NCBI GenBank assembly: GCA_964016885.1
Contig: OZ024745.1
Location: 32,240,001 to 32,304,000 of the forward strand
Length of the DNA stretch: 64,000 nt
Reading direction: 5' to 3'
From: Eledone cirrhosa
Taxonomy: Eukaryota
Shown here: positions 39,410 through 55,530 of the stretch, piece by piece
Numbering within the stretch: the stretch's first letter is position 1
How the letters are laid out: each line of letters starts with the position of its first letter
Position numbers and translations under genes: made by a program
Notes under the pieces: generated by a model
Database searches by the model: none
Told to the model about the DNA's origin: nothing
What the model saw: the letters and a program-made list of their open reading frames with translations, nothing else

Positions 39410-41065
39410 GGGTGGTGGTGGTGGTGGTGGAGTTGGTGGTGGTGGTGGTGGTGGTGGTGGTGGTGGTGATGGTGGTGGTGGTGATGATGGAGATGGTGGT
39501 GATGGTAGAGTTGATGGTGGTGGAGTTGGTGGTGGTGATGGTAGAGTTGGTGGTGGTGGTGGTGATGGTGGTGATGGTGGTGGTGGTGGTGGTGATGATG
39601 GAGATGGTGGTGATGGTAGAGTTGATGGTGGTGGAGTTGGTGGTGGTGATGGTGGAGTTGGTGGTGGTGATGGTGGTGTTGGTGGTGGTGATGGTGGTGA
39701 TGGTGGAGTTGGTGGAGTTGGTGGTGGTGATGGTGGAGGTGGTGGTGGTGGAGTTGGTGGTGGTGATGGTGGAGTTGGTGATGGTGGTGTTGGTGGTGGT
39801 GATGGTGGAGTTGGTGGAGTTGGTGGTGGTGATGGTGGAGTTGGTGGTGTTGGTGGTGGTGATGGTGATGGTGGTGATGGTAGAGTTGGTGGTGATGGTG
39901 GAGTTGATGGTGGTGATGGTGGTGATGGTGGTGATGGTGGTGATGGTGGTGGTGATAGTAGAGTTGGTGGTGGTGATGGTGGAGTTGGTGGTGTTGGTGG
40001 TGGTGATGGTGATGGTGGTGATGGTGGAGTTGGTGGTGGTGATGGTGGAGTTGGTGGAGTTGGTGGTGGTGATGGTGGAGTTGGTGGTGGTGATGGTGGT
40101 GATGGTGGAGTTGGTGATGGTGGAGTTGGTGGAGTTGGTGGTGGTGATGGTGGTGATGGTGGTGATGGTGGTGGAGTTGGTGGAGTTGGTGGTGGTGGAG
40201 TTGGTGGAGTTGGTGGTGGTGATGGTGGAGTTGGTGGTGGAGTTGGTGGTGGTGATGGTGGTGATGGTGGAGTTGGTGGTGGTGATGGTGGAGTTGGTGA
40301 TGGTGATGGTGGAGTTGGTGGAGTTGGTGGTGGTGATGGTGGAGTTGGTGGTGGAGTTGGTGGTGGTGATGGTGGTGATGGTGGAGTTGGTGGTGGTGAT
40401 GGTAGAGTTGGTGGTGGTGATGGTGGTGGTGATGGTGGTGGTGAAGTTGGTGGTGGTGATGGTGGTGGTGATGGTGGTGGTGGAGTTGGTGGTGGAGTTG
40501 GTGGTGGTGATGGTGGTGATGGTGGAGTTGGTGGTGATGGTGGAGTTGGTGGTGGTGATGGTAGAGTTGGTGGTGGTGATGGTAGAGTTGGTGGTGGTGG
40601 AGTTGGTGGTGGTGATGGTGGAGTTGATGGTGGTGATGGTGGAGGTGATGGTAGAGTTGTTGGTGATGGTGGAGTTGATGGTGGTGATGGTGGTGGTGAT
40701 GGAGTTGGTGGTGGAGTTGGTGGTGGTGGAGTTGGTGGTGGAGTTGGTGGTGGTGATGGTGGAGTTGGTGGTGGTGGAGTTGGTGGTGGTGATGGTGGTG
40801 GTGATGGTGGAGTTGGTGGTGGTGATGGTGGAGTTGGTGGTGGTGGAGTTGGTGATGGTGATGGTGGAGTTGATGGTGGTGATGGTGGAGTTGGTGGTGG
40901 TGGAGTTGGTGATGGTGGAGTTGGTGATGGTGGTGATGGTGGTGATGGTGGAGTTGGTGGTGGTGGAGTTGGTGGTGGTGGAGTTGGTGATGGTGGAGTT
41001 GGTGATGGTGGTGTTGGTGTTGGTTTTGTTAGTGGTGGTGTTAGTGGTGGTGGTAGTGGTGTTGG
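39410..41065 (+). repeat. 1.65-kb (GGT/GAT/GGA-GTT)n trinucleotide array
   Basis: Seen directly; phase is maintained throughout. Confidence 0.97.
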
Positions 41066-41924
41066 TATTAGTATACTTCATGCAAGGAGGAGGGAGGCTG
41101 AGATGTTTGATTGGTTATAATTTAAACAACACTAACAACAACATCTATTATATTCTTCAGTACCTTAGATCTCCTAGTCATCCTCATCATCATCATCATC
41201 ATCATCATTATTCAGCACCATAGATCTCCTACAGTCATCATCATCATCATTCTCATGATTTGATTGCATGAATAAATCCAAGGTTTAATTAAACAGAATA
41301 TGTTCTTCCTTCTCTACTATTAAGATAACTAAGACAAAAGAAGAATGGCAATAAACAGCTTCTTTTAATTACCATGCCTTTCCTGATGCTGGACTTCAAT
41401 GAAGAAGTTACAAACAATGATGCTTTACTGTCAAACTTAATCAAACAACAAAAGAAAAATCTCTCGTGGGAGCCATTTTATTTTATTTTGAATTTTAGTT
41501 TGAATTTGCTAATATTTTTCTTTTTGTGTTTTGTTTGTTGTTTTACACTTCTTTTTTTTATCAATCTACTCAATTATATGTTTGAGTAAAGAAAAGAGAA
41601 TTTAAAATGAACAGACATATTTCAAGGAAATTATTAAGGCATTTTCTGATAAGCAAATTCTTATTTAATATTTCTAAAAGAAATAATAATTAATAACTGC
41701 TGCTAATCGAATACTCAGTTTACTCTAACAAGTGCAAAATGAAAAGAATAAGACATAGTTGGAAGCATGCATACATACACATTTACTTCACATACACTCA
41801 CATACATATATACATATATATACATATATGCACATATTTATGTGCATATACATATATGTATGCAAGCGTGGAAGATGGATGTTAAACGATGATGATGATG
41901 ATGTACATAAATATGTACATACAG

Positions 41925-42825
41925 GCCTTCTTTCGTAGAAAGAAACCTTTTGTTGTCAACAAATGTAATAGTTCCCTGAATTTTTTCCATCCTGTTCTTC
42001 CCTTGATAGTATGCTCTCAGTGCAAACTACCCCACTACTAATTAAGTCACCTAGGTAACAGAAGCTATCAACCACTTCTATGGAGCCTTCTTGGGATTAG
42101 GAAAAAGTTTATTTCTCTGATGCTCTTACTATCCCTGTGCATCTGCCACACATGAAGTCTACCTTTTCTGTTAGTCTGCCTGCTATCCTACTACACCTCT
42201 TGTGTGCCCAAGATTTACATTATGTTCATTGTATACAGTTTTTAATTACATATCAAGCAAGGCCACTTCCCTGATGGGATCAGGATCCTGTCTTCCTTCC
42301 TACTTACCAAATGTTTCATTTTTCACTTGTTTACTCTAAGCTCTTTTGATTCTAAGTTCTGTTTTCAAAGCCAGAATTTCTTCCCAAGCTCTTCTACAGA
42401 ACCAGATCATTGGCATATGGAAGTTCCCAAGAATAACTTGTCTTAAACTCCTTGGTATGACCAGGAGAACTACAATAAACAGGAGTGAGTTGAGGATTGA
42501 GCCTTGATTAACACTTATCTTCATACTGAATTCTTCACTAAACTCATTACTTTCTCTCAACTTACTAACAGCTCCTCCATACATGACTTGCACTCCTCTC
42601 ACAAGCCATTCTTCTATACCTAGTTTCTTTATGGACAACCAGATGTCAAAGGCCTTCTCTAGATCTATGAAAGCTAGATATAGTGGCTTACACTTCTCCT
42701 GTAGTTGTCTCACTAAGAAGAGGGCATCTGTGGTGCTCCTCTCTGGCACAAAACCAAATAGATTCTCATCTAATTTGATTCTTTCCCCAATTAGTTGTGC
42801 TTAAACTCTTTCTATCACTTTAACA
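41925..42825 (-). mobile_element. Degraded RTE RT fragment including the PHD-like insert
   Basis: STTDALFLVRQLQEK, LAFIDLEKAFD and IPSGKWPC...WAHKRCS on the minus strand, with many frameshifts. Confidence 0.85.
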
Positions 42826-43285
42826 TTATACACAAACAGTTTGTGTGTGTATCTGTGTGTGCATGCATGTGTGTACATATGCATGTGTATGCGTGTGTGC
42901 ATATGAGTATGTGTGTGTGTGTGTGTGTTTATGTATGTCTGTGTGTGTGATATACTAAGATATTTACACACAGATAAAAAAAAAACATTCTAGAGAAGTG
43001 AGGACATTAGTAATCAATAACACAAAAGTAATTCTTTACTCTGAGCAGGAATTACTGAAATAGCTGAACAGATATAACACATAGAATAAGTTCAAAAAAG
43101 CTAAAAGATAGTCATAAATCTGTCATACTTTCTACAAACTATGTACAATTAGAGAGTTTGGAATGACAAAAAATATATAAACAGTAAATTTAATGGCATT
43201 TGATGATATATGTATAGAAATTATCTGTGATATGTAGCTGTCTGATTAATTTTTAGCTATGTAATCTGTTGCTTTTCAAGTGACA

Positions 43286-43668
43286 TTAACTCTTTCATTA
43301 CCATATTTCTAATGAAAGACACTGATTATAATTTTGAAAATGATCAAGAATTTCTCTTTGGCATTTGGAATATAACTTAACAATGGTTCTAACATATAAT
43401 TGTAAAGTAAGATTTTAAAATAAATATAGACACTTTAAAATAAAAGACTTTGTAAATAACATTGTAAATATGACGTATCAAAGCATTTGGTTAGATTTGA
43501 AATTTTTAGAAGATAGTGGAATCCTGAATGCAGAAAATAACTGTAGAAGTTGACTGTAGCTCCAGTTATTTCCATATTTGATATTCCTACAACTTCTGAG
43601 AATTTCAAAAGACTTTGTGTCATAGAACCAGAGGTGGTTTCAGGCAGTTTTTGTATCAAGAAGGTTAA
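43286..43668 (+). mobile_element. TTAA-target (piggyBac-like) MITE
   Basis: TTAA-ctctttcattacc ... tgtatcaagaagg-TTAA. Confidence 0.65.
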
Positions 43669-43977
43669 CACAGACATTAATATGGATGATGAGAGAGAAT
43701 ATATACTGCCATGAGATTGCTTTCAATGAAATGTTTCTTCTTTTACTATTTAACTACTTATTGTGGTGCAGCTCAAAAGTCATAGACTGTAAATGAACCA
43801 GGATCAAAACAACCATTAATAAAAGATAAAGCAATCAAAATTATGTGTGTGTGTGATGCATATGCTTATTGACTTAAATGTAATTAAGAATTACATTATA
43901 TAGTTCAAAGGAAGTGGATAAAGTCTGATTTATGAAAGTAACTAGGCTTTGTGACCAATGATTTCATGTCAATAAGA

Positions 43978-44049
<72 letters not shown>

Positions 44050-45616
44050 TATAATAAAAATGGGGAGATAAAATGAGTGTACTTGTAGCAGTCGAATAGG
44101 TGTAAACAATGTATGACAAGTTTTGCATTTCATCATCATCATCATCATCGTTTAACTTCCATCTTCCACACTTGCATATATAGTATATATGGTATGGTCT
44201 GGTATATTTCAATCCTCATTGCTGAGGGTCAGGAACCATGGACAATTGCACCATTGCTCATCTATATGATAATGTATGTCTATGATTCTCATCAGAAAAA
44301 AGTCACGTTGGTGGATCCTGAATCTTCATCCAACCATTTCTCAGAAGCTGTCTACCGACTGACAGCTCATATGGCTTCATCACAAGGATTATATAAATAC
44401 ATATAGCTATCTTTCTCTCTCATATCTCAGGGTAGAACCAGTTTAAAACTAGTTAGACCATTACTCAACAGAGTACTCAATATTTGAAGTAGCAGACTAT
44501 GGCTATATTATAAAGAGTCAAGACCCAACAGCTGAGCTCTTGCTGTTTAAACAGCTAGTTCATATATATATATGTAAAAAGTAAACAGAAATAACAAAGC
44601 AAATGACACAGTATTTTGAAGAAATATATTAGTTTAATGCTTGAAATAACAGGAAAAGAGTTTTAATGATTTGGACTCTAGAAGATAGAAATAGAAGTAA
44701 AAGATAAAATAATGCACCAGTAATGCACTGGGGTAATTGCTGGCCCTATGCTAAAAGTAGAAACAATTATTATGCAATGACTTAATAATATATATATATA
44801 TCAAGTCATTGTTACTACTCTATACACCCACATATTAGCCCAATCACCAAAGGTAAACACAGTCATGCATACTCCTTACTCTGCTCTATTCTGAAAAAGT
44901 AAAACTGAGTGTAAGCAGATATTCTACTTCTACGATATGATGTATTTCTGGGGTTGCACAATCAGCACATGGGATCAATAGTTTATTGCCTAACATTTAT
45001 ACATAGAAGCTGAAAGGCAGTTGGAATTGTTCCTACCTAACATCAAACTATTAGCCATCTACTGAATTATGACAATGAATTCCATGCATTGAATTAGCTG
45101 GGGAAATAATCATTTACATTTTATATTTATAATTAATATTTATAGTTTTAGTCTAGGTAGACATTGTCAACTTTGCCAACTTAGATGGTACATCTCTGAA
45201 CTGTTTAAGTATTCATGTGTATGCATAGGTGTTTATAATGTCTGTGTAGGTGTATGTGTACATGTGTGTGTGGGTCTGTGTGTACATGTACATGTCCTTT
45301 TTTCTTCTACTGACTTTTGTTAATTGTGGCCATACTAGAGCACTGCCTTCAAGGGTTTTAGTGCATTATATCAACCCCAGTATTTTATCTGGTATTTGTT
45401 TTATCATCTTGTAATGAATGAAAACAAAGTGGACCTGTGTGTAAAAGGATGTAATCAATTTTGGTCTGACACAGATTTTGCTGACCCTCACCAATACACA
45501 TACACACATATGGCATATAACTTTGAATAAATAGCAATAATAATTATTTCTAACATTGGCATGAGACCAACAATTTAATGGAAGGGGAAAGTCGATTATA
45601 ACAATCTCAGTATTTA

Positions 45617-46286
45617 TCGTATATACTCGAATATAAACCGACCCCTACCTTATGTCTGAGAATTAGGCAAAGATCCAAACTCCGTTTATAAGCCGAAACA
45701 GTTAATTGACACATTATGTTTAGATGGTATGGCTTTGAAATTCACATGAATGGAGAATATATTTATGAAGGTTTAATATTTTGATGTTTAAAACGTTTTA
45801 AGAGTTGCTTAGAATATAGTTTTTGTTTCACAATTCCAATATGTAATGATTTTTTTTTACTGATTTCCGATCATTTTTAAGGCCATATTCATTCAAAAAT
45901 ATATAAAAAAGAACAATAGGAAATCTCAAAAATAAAGCCGGTGTAATATTCACCTCCAAAGTGAAACTGGTGTAATATTCACCTCTAAAGTAAAACCAGT
46001 GTAACATTCACCTCCAAAGTGAAACTGGTGTAACATTCACCTCCAAAATGAAACTGGTGTAACATTCACCTCCAAAATGAAACTGGTGTAACATTCACCT
46101 CCAAAGTGAAACTGGTGTAACATTCACCTCCAAAGCAAAAATATTTTAGCATTTCACTTACATAGTATATTGAAGTTGGTGAAAATCGGCAAAATGTTGA
46201 CCTCAAATATACCCCCCACCATCACCACCATTTTCCATCGATCTTTTTTGTCACATATTTCTCTGCTGATATACGAGTATACACAA
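45617..46286. mobile_element. Tc2/pogo-like non-autonomous element inserted in a SINE, carrying a 29-bp x7 internal array
   Basis: TA-tcgtatatactcgaatataa ... atacgagtatacacaa-TA. SINE halves lie at 45540-45616 and 46289-46420; unit gtgtaacattcacctccaaagtgaaactg at 45941-46137. Confidence 0.75.
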
Positions 46287-47625
46287 TAACTGGTATTTCA
46301 TTATATTGATCCCAGAAGGATGAAAGTCAAAGTGGACCTTGGCAGGATTCAAACTCAGATTATAGAAAGTAACTAAATGGTGCAAATCATTTCATCTGAT
46401 GCTCTATTAATACTGACATTCCATTAAATAATAATATTGATAATAAATGTTTCTAAGACCAGCAATAATAGGGAGAGTCGATATAATCAACTGTACCCTC
46501 CCCACAAATTACTGGCCTTGTGCTTTGATTAGAAACTGTTCTTTTCTTTTTATCCTGCAACTCCCTTAGGAGTTGTAGGGACGATGTATTGACATACGGC
46601 ATTTTAAAACTTGGTAGAGCCCATCTCCTCTCCATGTTGGAATACAGCAAATTTCTTCCAGAGAAAGACAGAGGTTGAGAGAATGGAAGTGAGAAAGAAA
46701 TATAGAGGCAGAATCTACCCCAGTACTAGACTGGTGCTTTTTTTTTTATCGACCTTGAATGGATGAAAGGCAAAGTTGACCTCAGTGGGATTTGAACTCA
46801 GAGAGCAGAGAGCTGAAACAAATGTTGCAAAGCATTCTATACAATGTTCTAACAACCCTGTCAATCTGTCACCTATAGAAACTGTCATTATATTGTATTT
46901 ATTTTTTAACTGGTTTTTACGTTATATGTTTTTGCCCAACCCACACGATTTTGTAACCAATCTGTGTGGCATGTTATACATTATATAGTAGGCTTTTGAG
47001 ACCAATAAATAAGTCATTATTATCTCGTACCATTACCTATTATTATAACAGCAAATGAAACTGTTATTTCTAATACTTAATATTTGATTTCCAGCAGTAA
47101 ACACATGGAACAATGTCTTACATTAAACAATTGAAAAATTTCCTATGTTTTTTCTTTTGTTTTGTCTTAGTTGTTTTTTTGTTCAAAGTTTTTTTGTATC
47201 AAAGCTGTTTTATATGTTAATTCTTAACACCCTGTAATGATTCAGCAGAAAATATCTATAATCAAGCTTGTTAACAAATGCTTATAGTATCTTTACTTGT
47301 AGATAGATTGTTGCGAAAATTTGCAGTATTATTTCTTATCTTGTAATGATTCAGCAGAAAATATCTAAAGACAGGCTTATCAATCCAACAATCCGGGGAA
47401 CAGATTGTTGTCTAAATTTGTGATATTGTCTCTTAACCTGTAATAATTTTGCAAAAAATATCTAAAAACAGGTTTGTAAATTCAAATGTTTATAGTATCT
47501 TTACTAGTGGGCAAATTGCTGTGAAAACTTAATTTGTAGTATTAAAGACTTTAATTTTTAATGTGAGTTAGTTAGAGTGTTGTTTTGTACTTTCCAAGAA
47601 TGATTTTGTAATGTGGTTTCACATG

Positions 47626-47862
47626 GTACCAACCCACCCAAAACTGCCTCTGATTCTATGAAACAGAACCACTCATTTTAAAAGATTCCTATTTAAATTA
47701 AACTCTTCCACCATAACTTGCTACAAAAAAACTTTTATTAAATTATTACAAATTCTATCATAATAATGAAATAATTAAGAATTTTACTAAATCCCTTCAA
47801 ATTCTTCATTAATTAATTCATATTCAGAGTATTCATGAGAAATATGGTAATGAAAGAGTTAA
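47626..47862 (-). mobile_element. TTAA-target MITE (reverse copy)
   Basis: Ends ggtaatgaaagag-TTAA and has reverse similarity to 37543-37762. Confidence 0.6.
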
Positions 47863-47984
47863 AAGTTAATGTCTCTGCTGTGTTTATCAGTGTTACAGCT
47901 CTTCCTTTCCCAAGATGTACGGAAATACTTTAAGCAGTTGTTAGTAACTTGAGCACATGGAAAATGTGTGATAAACTATCTTAC

Positions 47985-48052
47985 TGTCCCACAGATCCAA
48001 CAAAACATTTTTCTCTTTTATCTATGTTTAGGACCAAGAATAACCAATTCAC
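47985..48052 (-). other. Candidate 68-nt exon
   Basis: ttttctag|GTGAATTGG...GGGACA|gtaaga, with open frame VNWLFLVLNIDKREKCFVGSVG. Confidence 0.3.
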
Positions 48053-49007
48053 CTAGAAAATTCTCACACACATTTGTCTGCATGCACATATACTTAAACA
48101 CATACACACACTCACACATATATATATAAATACACACACACACATATACATACACACACACATATACATACACACACATATATACATACATACACACACA
48201 CACATATATACATACACACACACATATATACATACACACACACATATATACATATACACACACACATATATACATATACACACACACATACATACATATA
48301 TAGAGAGAGAGATATACATACACAGATACACACACATACATGCATACACAAGCACATACAAGCACACAAATTTTACACATCCACACATACATATATCTCA
48401 TGTCACAAAAAACCAGGTGGCATGACAGCATAAAAGGTGAGCTTACACACACATAGATACAGATATAGATACATACATAGATACACACATATAGACACCC
48501 ACAAAGACACACATATGTAGACACATGTAGACACATACATAAATATGCTTATGTTACCCGACTTTCTGATTTCTTTCTGTTTGGTGTAAGTTTAAGATTC
48601 ATCTTCGAGTTCAAGAACATTGACTACTTATATAGAAAGCATTTAGGTTTTATTTCACTTCTTTTGGCAAATATCTACCATATGGCTTAACTCAAAATCT
48701 CCATGAATATTGTCAACATTTAGCCACCTAATGGCATAAAAAAAATGTGAAAGCAAAAAGAAAATTGGCAAGGGAGAAAGAGAAAAATCTGCTTTCAAGG
48801 AAACTAATTTATGGTCCTGTAAAAAAATAAATTGGTACAAATTGAAAGGAATGCTGACAGCTGCTGTTTGGCTCACTAGCAGAAATATGGTGTTTAACTG
48901 TAGCAGCCCAACAATGTCTCTCTCTCCTCTCTTAGTTTCATATCTCACTGTGTCCTCTCTTACAGTATAAAGAGCCAGTATCTGCAGGCAATAGAGAGAG
49001 ACAAAAA

Positions 49008-50988
49008 ATAATGATTTCTACTATAGGCACAAGGCCAGCAATTTGGTGGAGCGGGGAAAGTCTATCAAATCATCCCAGTCCCATACTGATGCTTTATCGA
49101 CCCCGTAAGGATGAAAGACAAAGCTAACCTTGGAGGGATTTGAACTCAGAATGTAAAGGGCCATAATTCTATGCCGCAAAGCATGGTGTGTCACACTCTA
49201 CCAATACTGCCAATCCACAGAGACAAAAAAATAATAATGAACAGCAATAGTAATAACATAGGCACAAGGCTAGTAACATTTGGTGAAGGGAAAGTTGATT
49301 AAATCAGCCCCAGTATTTCACTGGTACTTTATTTTGTCCACCTCAGAAACATGAAAAGCAAAGTTGACTTTGGCAGGAGTTGAACTCAGAATACAGAGAG
49401 TCAGAACAAATACTACTAAACATTTGTTCAATACTCTAATGACTTTTCTAATCCACCATCCTGAAAATAAGGATTTCTTTTATTTGTCACAAGAACATTG
49501 GAGGATGGGGGAATTATAAGAAGAAATTGCAGAAACTAAGGGAATTTTACATCAAATTGATTATAAAAGAAACAGATCTGAAAAACAATATTATAAGAAA
49601 GGTATGAAATGAGATGTCTCATTAGAGGAACAGTCACCTCAAGTAAATCAAGTAACCCCATAAATACTGTAGATTTAGAACCGCCTCCCCTGCCGACTAC
49701 CAAGATTAAGTGACTTCCTCCAAGCCTGTCATAGTGGGTAGGAGCACTAAATGGCACCCTTCCTACTTTTCAATGGTGCACCCTTAGATTTTAGAAAATT
49801 TATGGTGATATACTTATTCTGAAATTCGGCCTTTAAATTATTACAAATTTGTATACCCACTCAGAATATTCCAAAACCACCCCTACCCCTATTCCTAAGC
49901 ACCAAATCCTGGCAACAGGCCTTGCCTCAAGTGTATACTGAGAGTAGGCCTATGTATTGAATGTTCTGAATCCACCCCTACTCCCATACCTGAGCACCAA
50001 ATCCTGGCAACTGGCCTGCTACAGGTGCATGTTGAGAGTGGAGCCATTTGCTGAGACCATGCTCAGAAATCTCAACCACCTTTTGACAAATTTACTCAAC
50101 AGAAGAACTTCCATTTCCACCTTGAAACTCAAAGAAGTTAGTCAGGGCTTGGCCAAAGTGGCAAGTCCCAGTCTATGTTTTTTTCCAATTTGGTCCACCA
50201 TAAAACCTCAATTGATAGAACTATTATAAGACAGAAGAAAACTATTCATTTCCAGTCAAATGATAATCCTCATAATGGACTTGGCTGATAGCCTGATCAG
50301 TCCTATATACAGGGGTCAGGTGAATAGTTCATAGACTGACCAAAATACTCTCAAGGAAATTAAATTTATCAAACACAATACTCAGTTGATGTTATATTTT
50401 ATATCAACCCCAGAAGGATGAACAGCAAAGTTGACCTCAGCAGGATTTGAACTCAAAACATAAAAGATTGTAACTAAATACCACAAAATATGTTGCCTTT
50501 GTCTGATGATCTACTGATCATGCCAATTAACTTCTTATGGTAATAATAATAACATTAACAACAACAACAAAAACAATAATGTATAATTTAGGCACAAAGC
50601 CAGCAATTTGTGAGGAGGAGAAAGTCGATTATATTAACCCCAGTATTTCACTGGTACTTATTTTATCAATCAAAAAGGATGAAAAACAAGATCAACCGCT
50701 CAGAACATAAAGGATCATAACTGAATAACGCAAGGCATTTTGTCAAGCATTCTAACAGTTCTGCTACAATAATGATTTCTTATATAGGCACAAGACCAGC
50801 AATTTTGGAGGAGGGGAAAGTTGATTAAATCAACCCCAGTGTGTTACTTGTGCTTTATTCATCGGCCTTGTAAGGATGAAAGGCAAAGTTAACCTTTGCA
50901 GGATTTAAACTCAGAACGTTAAGGGACCTAACTTTATGCCACAAAGCATATTGTCCAACGCTCTACCAATACCACCAATCCACCACCT
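49008..50988 (-). mobile_element. Cluster of ~5 tRNA-derived SINEs (49008-49219, 49258-49461, 50400-50530, 50585-50760, 50770-50988)
   Basis: Repeated aggatgaaaggcaaagttgacct...ggatttgaactcag and ggcacaaggccagcaat motifs. Confidence 0.8.
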
Positions 50989-51357
50989 AATTCTACTATA
51001 ATAATAATAAAAAGAAATGAATGAACAAATAAATAAATAAGCGACTCATTCATAAATGTTTTAACGTATGGAATGTAACACATGAAAAACCCAATCATCT
51101 CCATACACTTTCAGACTTCATTTCACTACTGGATACAGCTCATATCTTTCTTTCTATTTTTTCGTTCACCATCTTCATTGAAAATAGATATTTAGAAATA
51201 ACATAAATGAGATAAAGGGTTTGAGAATGAAAGGAAAGAATAGAACATCTAACAAAGACAGAAAGAAAGTGTGGGGGAGGATAGAAAGGATGAAAGCAGA
51301 AACTTATCTCTTACAAACAAAACAACTTTTGTGGTTTTGAATAATATTCTTTTATAT

Positions 51358-51398
<41 letters not shown>

Positions 51399-52382
51399 TG
51401 TATGTGTGTGTGTGTGCGTGTACATATATATATATATATACTTATATATATATATATATACACACACATATATATATATACACACACATATATATATACA
51501 TATGTACACACACATATATATACACACACATATATATATACATATATATACACACATATATATATACCTATATACACACACATATATATATACATATATA
51601 TACACACACATATATATATACCTATATACACACATATATATATGTATATATACACACATATATATATGTATATATACACACATATATATATGTATATATA
51701 CACACATATATATATACATATATACACACACATATATATGTATATATATACACACATATATATATGTATATATACACACATATATATATGTATATATACA
51801 CACATATATATATGTATATATACACACATATATATATACATATATACACACACATATATATATATACATATATACACGTATATATACACACACATATATA
51901 TATACATATATACACACACATATATATATACATATATATACATATTTATATAAACATATGCATATTTATACATTACATATATATTTATACATATATATAT
52001 ACATATATACATACATATATACATATATATACACATATATATACATATACATATATATATACATATATATACACATATATATACATATACATATATATAT
52101 ACATATATATACACATATATATACATATACATATATATATATACATATACATATATATATACACATATATATATATACACATATATACATACACATATAT
52201 ACATACACATATATACATACACATATATATATATATATACATATATATATACACATATACATACACATATATATATATATACACATATATACATACACAT
52301 ATATACATACACATATATATATATATATACACATATATATATACATATGTATATATACATATACATATACATATATATATAC

Positions 52383-52491
<109 letters not shown>

Positions 52492-52650
52492 CATATATAT
52501 ATACATATATATATACATATATATATACATATATATATATATATACACATATATATATACATATATATATATATATACACATATATATATACATATATAC
52601 ATATATATACATATATATATATACATATATACATATATATACATATATAC

Positions 52651-52699
<49 letters not shown>

Positions 52700-52721
52700 T
52701 ATATATATATATATACACATA

Positions 52722-52773
<52 letters not shown>

Positions 52774-53146
52774 CATATATATACATATATATACATATAT
52801 ATATACACATATATATATATATATATATACACATATATATATACATATATATATACACATATATATATACATATATATATACACATATATATATACATAT
52901 ATATATATACATATATATATACATATATATATATACATATATATATACATATATATATATACATATATACATATATATATACATATATACATATATATAT
53001 ACATATACATATATATATATATACATATATATATACATATACATATATACATATATATATACATATATATATACATATACATATATACATATATATATAC
53101 ACATATATATATATATATATACATATATATACATATATATATACAC

Positions 53147-53177
<31 letters not shown>

Positions 53178-53310
53178 TATATATATATACATATATATAT
53201 ACACATATATATATACATATATATATATACATATATATATATACATATACATATATACATATATATATACATATACATATATACATATATATATACATAT
53301 ACATATATAC

Positions 53311-53348
<38 letters not shown>

Positions 53349-53414
53349 ATATATATACATACATACACATATATATACATACACATATATATACATACAC
53401 ATATATATATATAC

Positions 53415-53461
<47 letters not shown>

Positions 53462-53488
53462 CATATATATACATATACATATATATAC

Positions 53489-53535
<47 letters not shown>

Positions 53536-53710
53536 CATATATATATATACATATATATATATACATATATATATATACATATACATATATACATATACAT
53601 ATATACATATACATATATACATATATATATATACATATATATATATACATATATATATATACATATATATATATACATATATATATATACATATATATAT
53701 ATACATATAC

Positions 53711-53756
<46 letters not shown>

Positions 53757-53780
53757 ATACATATATATATATACATATAC

Positions 53781-53826
<46 letters not shown>

Positions 53827-53928
53827 ATACATATATATATACATATACATATATATATATATATACATATATATACATATACATATATATATATATACAT
53901 ATATATACATATACATATATACATATAC

Positions 53929-53963
<35 letters not shown>

Positions 53964-54342
53964 CATATATATACATATACATATATATATATATACATAT
54001 ATATACATATACATATATACATATACATATATATATATATATACATATATATACATATACATATATATATACATATATATACATATATATACATATATAT
54101 ACATATATATACATATATATATATATACATATATATACATATATATATATATACATATATATACATATATATATATATACATATATATATACATATATAT
54201 ATACATATATATACACATATATATACATATATATATATATATACATATATATACATATATATATATATACATATATATATACATATATATACATATATAT
54301 ATATATACATATATATATACATATATATATACATATATATAC

Positions 54343-54417
<75 letters not shown>

Positions 54418-54428
54418 CATATATATAC

Positions 54429-54659
<231 letters not shown>

Positions 54660-54666
54660 TACATAT

Positions 54667-54727
<61 letters not shown>

Positions 54728-54750
54728 CATATATATACATATATATATAC

Positions 54751-54795
<45 letters not shown>

Positions 54796-54906
54796 CATAT
54801 ATATACATATATATATATATACATATATATATACATATATATATATACATATATATATACATATATATATATACATATATATACATATATATACATATAT
54901 ATATAC

Positions 54907-54937
<31 letters not shown>

Positions 54938-55004
54938 CATATATATATACATATATATATACATATATATATATACATATATATATATATACATATATAT
55001 ATAC

Positions 55005-55179
<175 letters not shown>

Positions 55180-55371
55180 CATACATATATATATACATAT
55201 ATCTATACACATATATATATACATATATCTATACACATATATATATACATATATCTATACACATATATATATACATATATCTATACACATATATATATAT
55301 ATATATACACATACATACATACATATATCTATACACATATATATATATATATATACACATACATACATACA

Positions 55372-55409
<38 letters not shown>

Positions 55410-55530
55410 CATATATATATACATACATATATATATACATATATATATACATACATATATACATACATATATATATACATACATATATATATACATACAT
55501 ATATACATACATATATACATACATACATAT

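Noticed and set aside
39348-41223. Gly-rich, Thr-rich mucin-like or Val-rich ORFs
   Set aside because: They are open in several frames and on both strands because of trinucleotide repeats. There is no signal peptide, unique domain or splice support.
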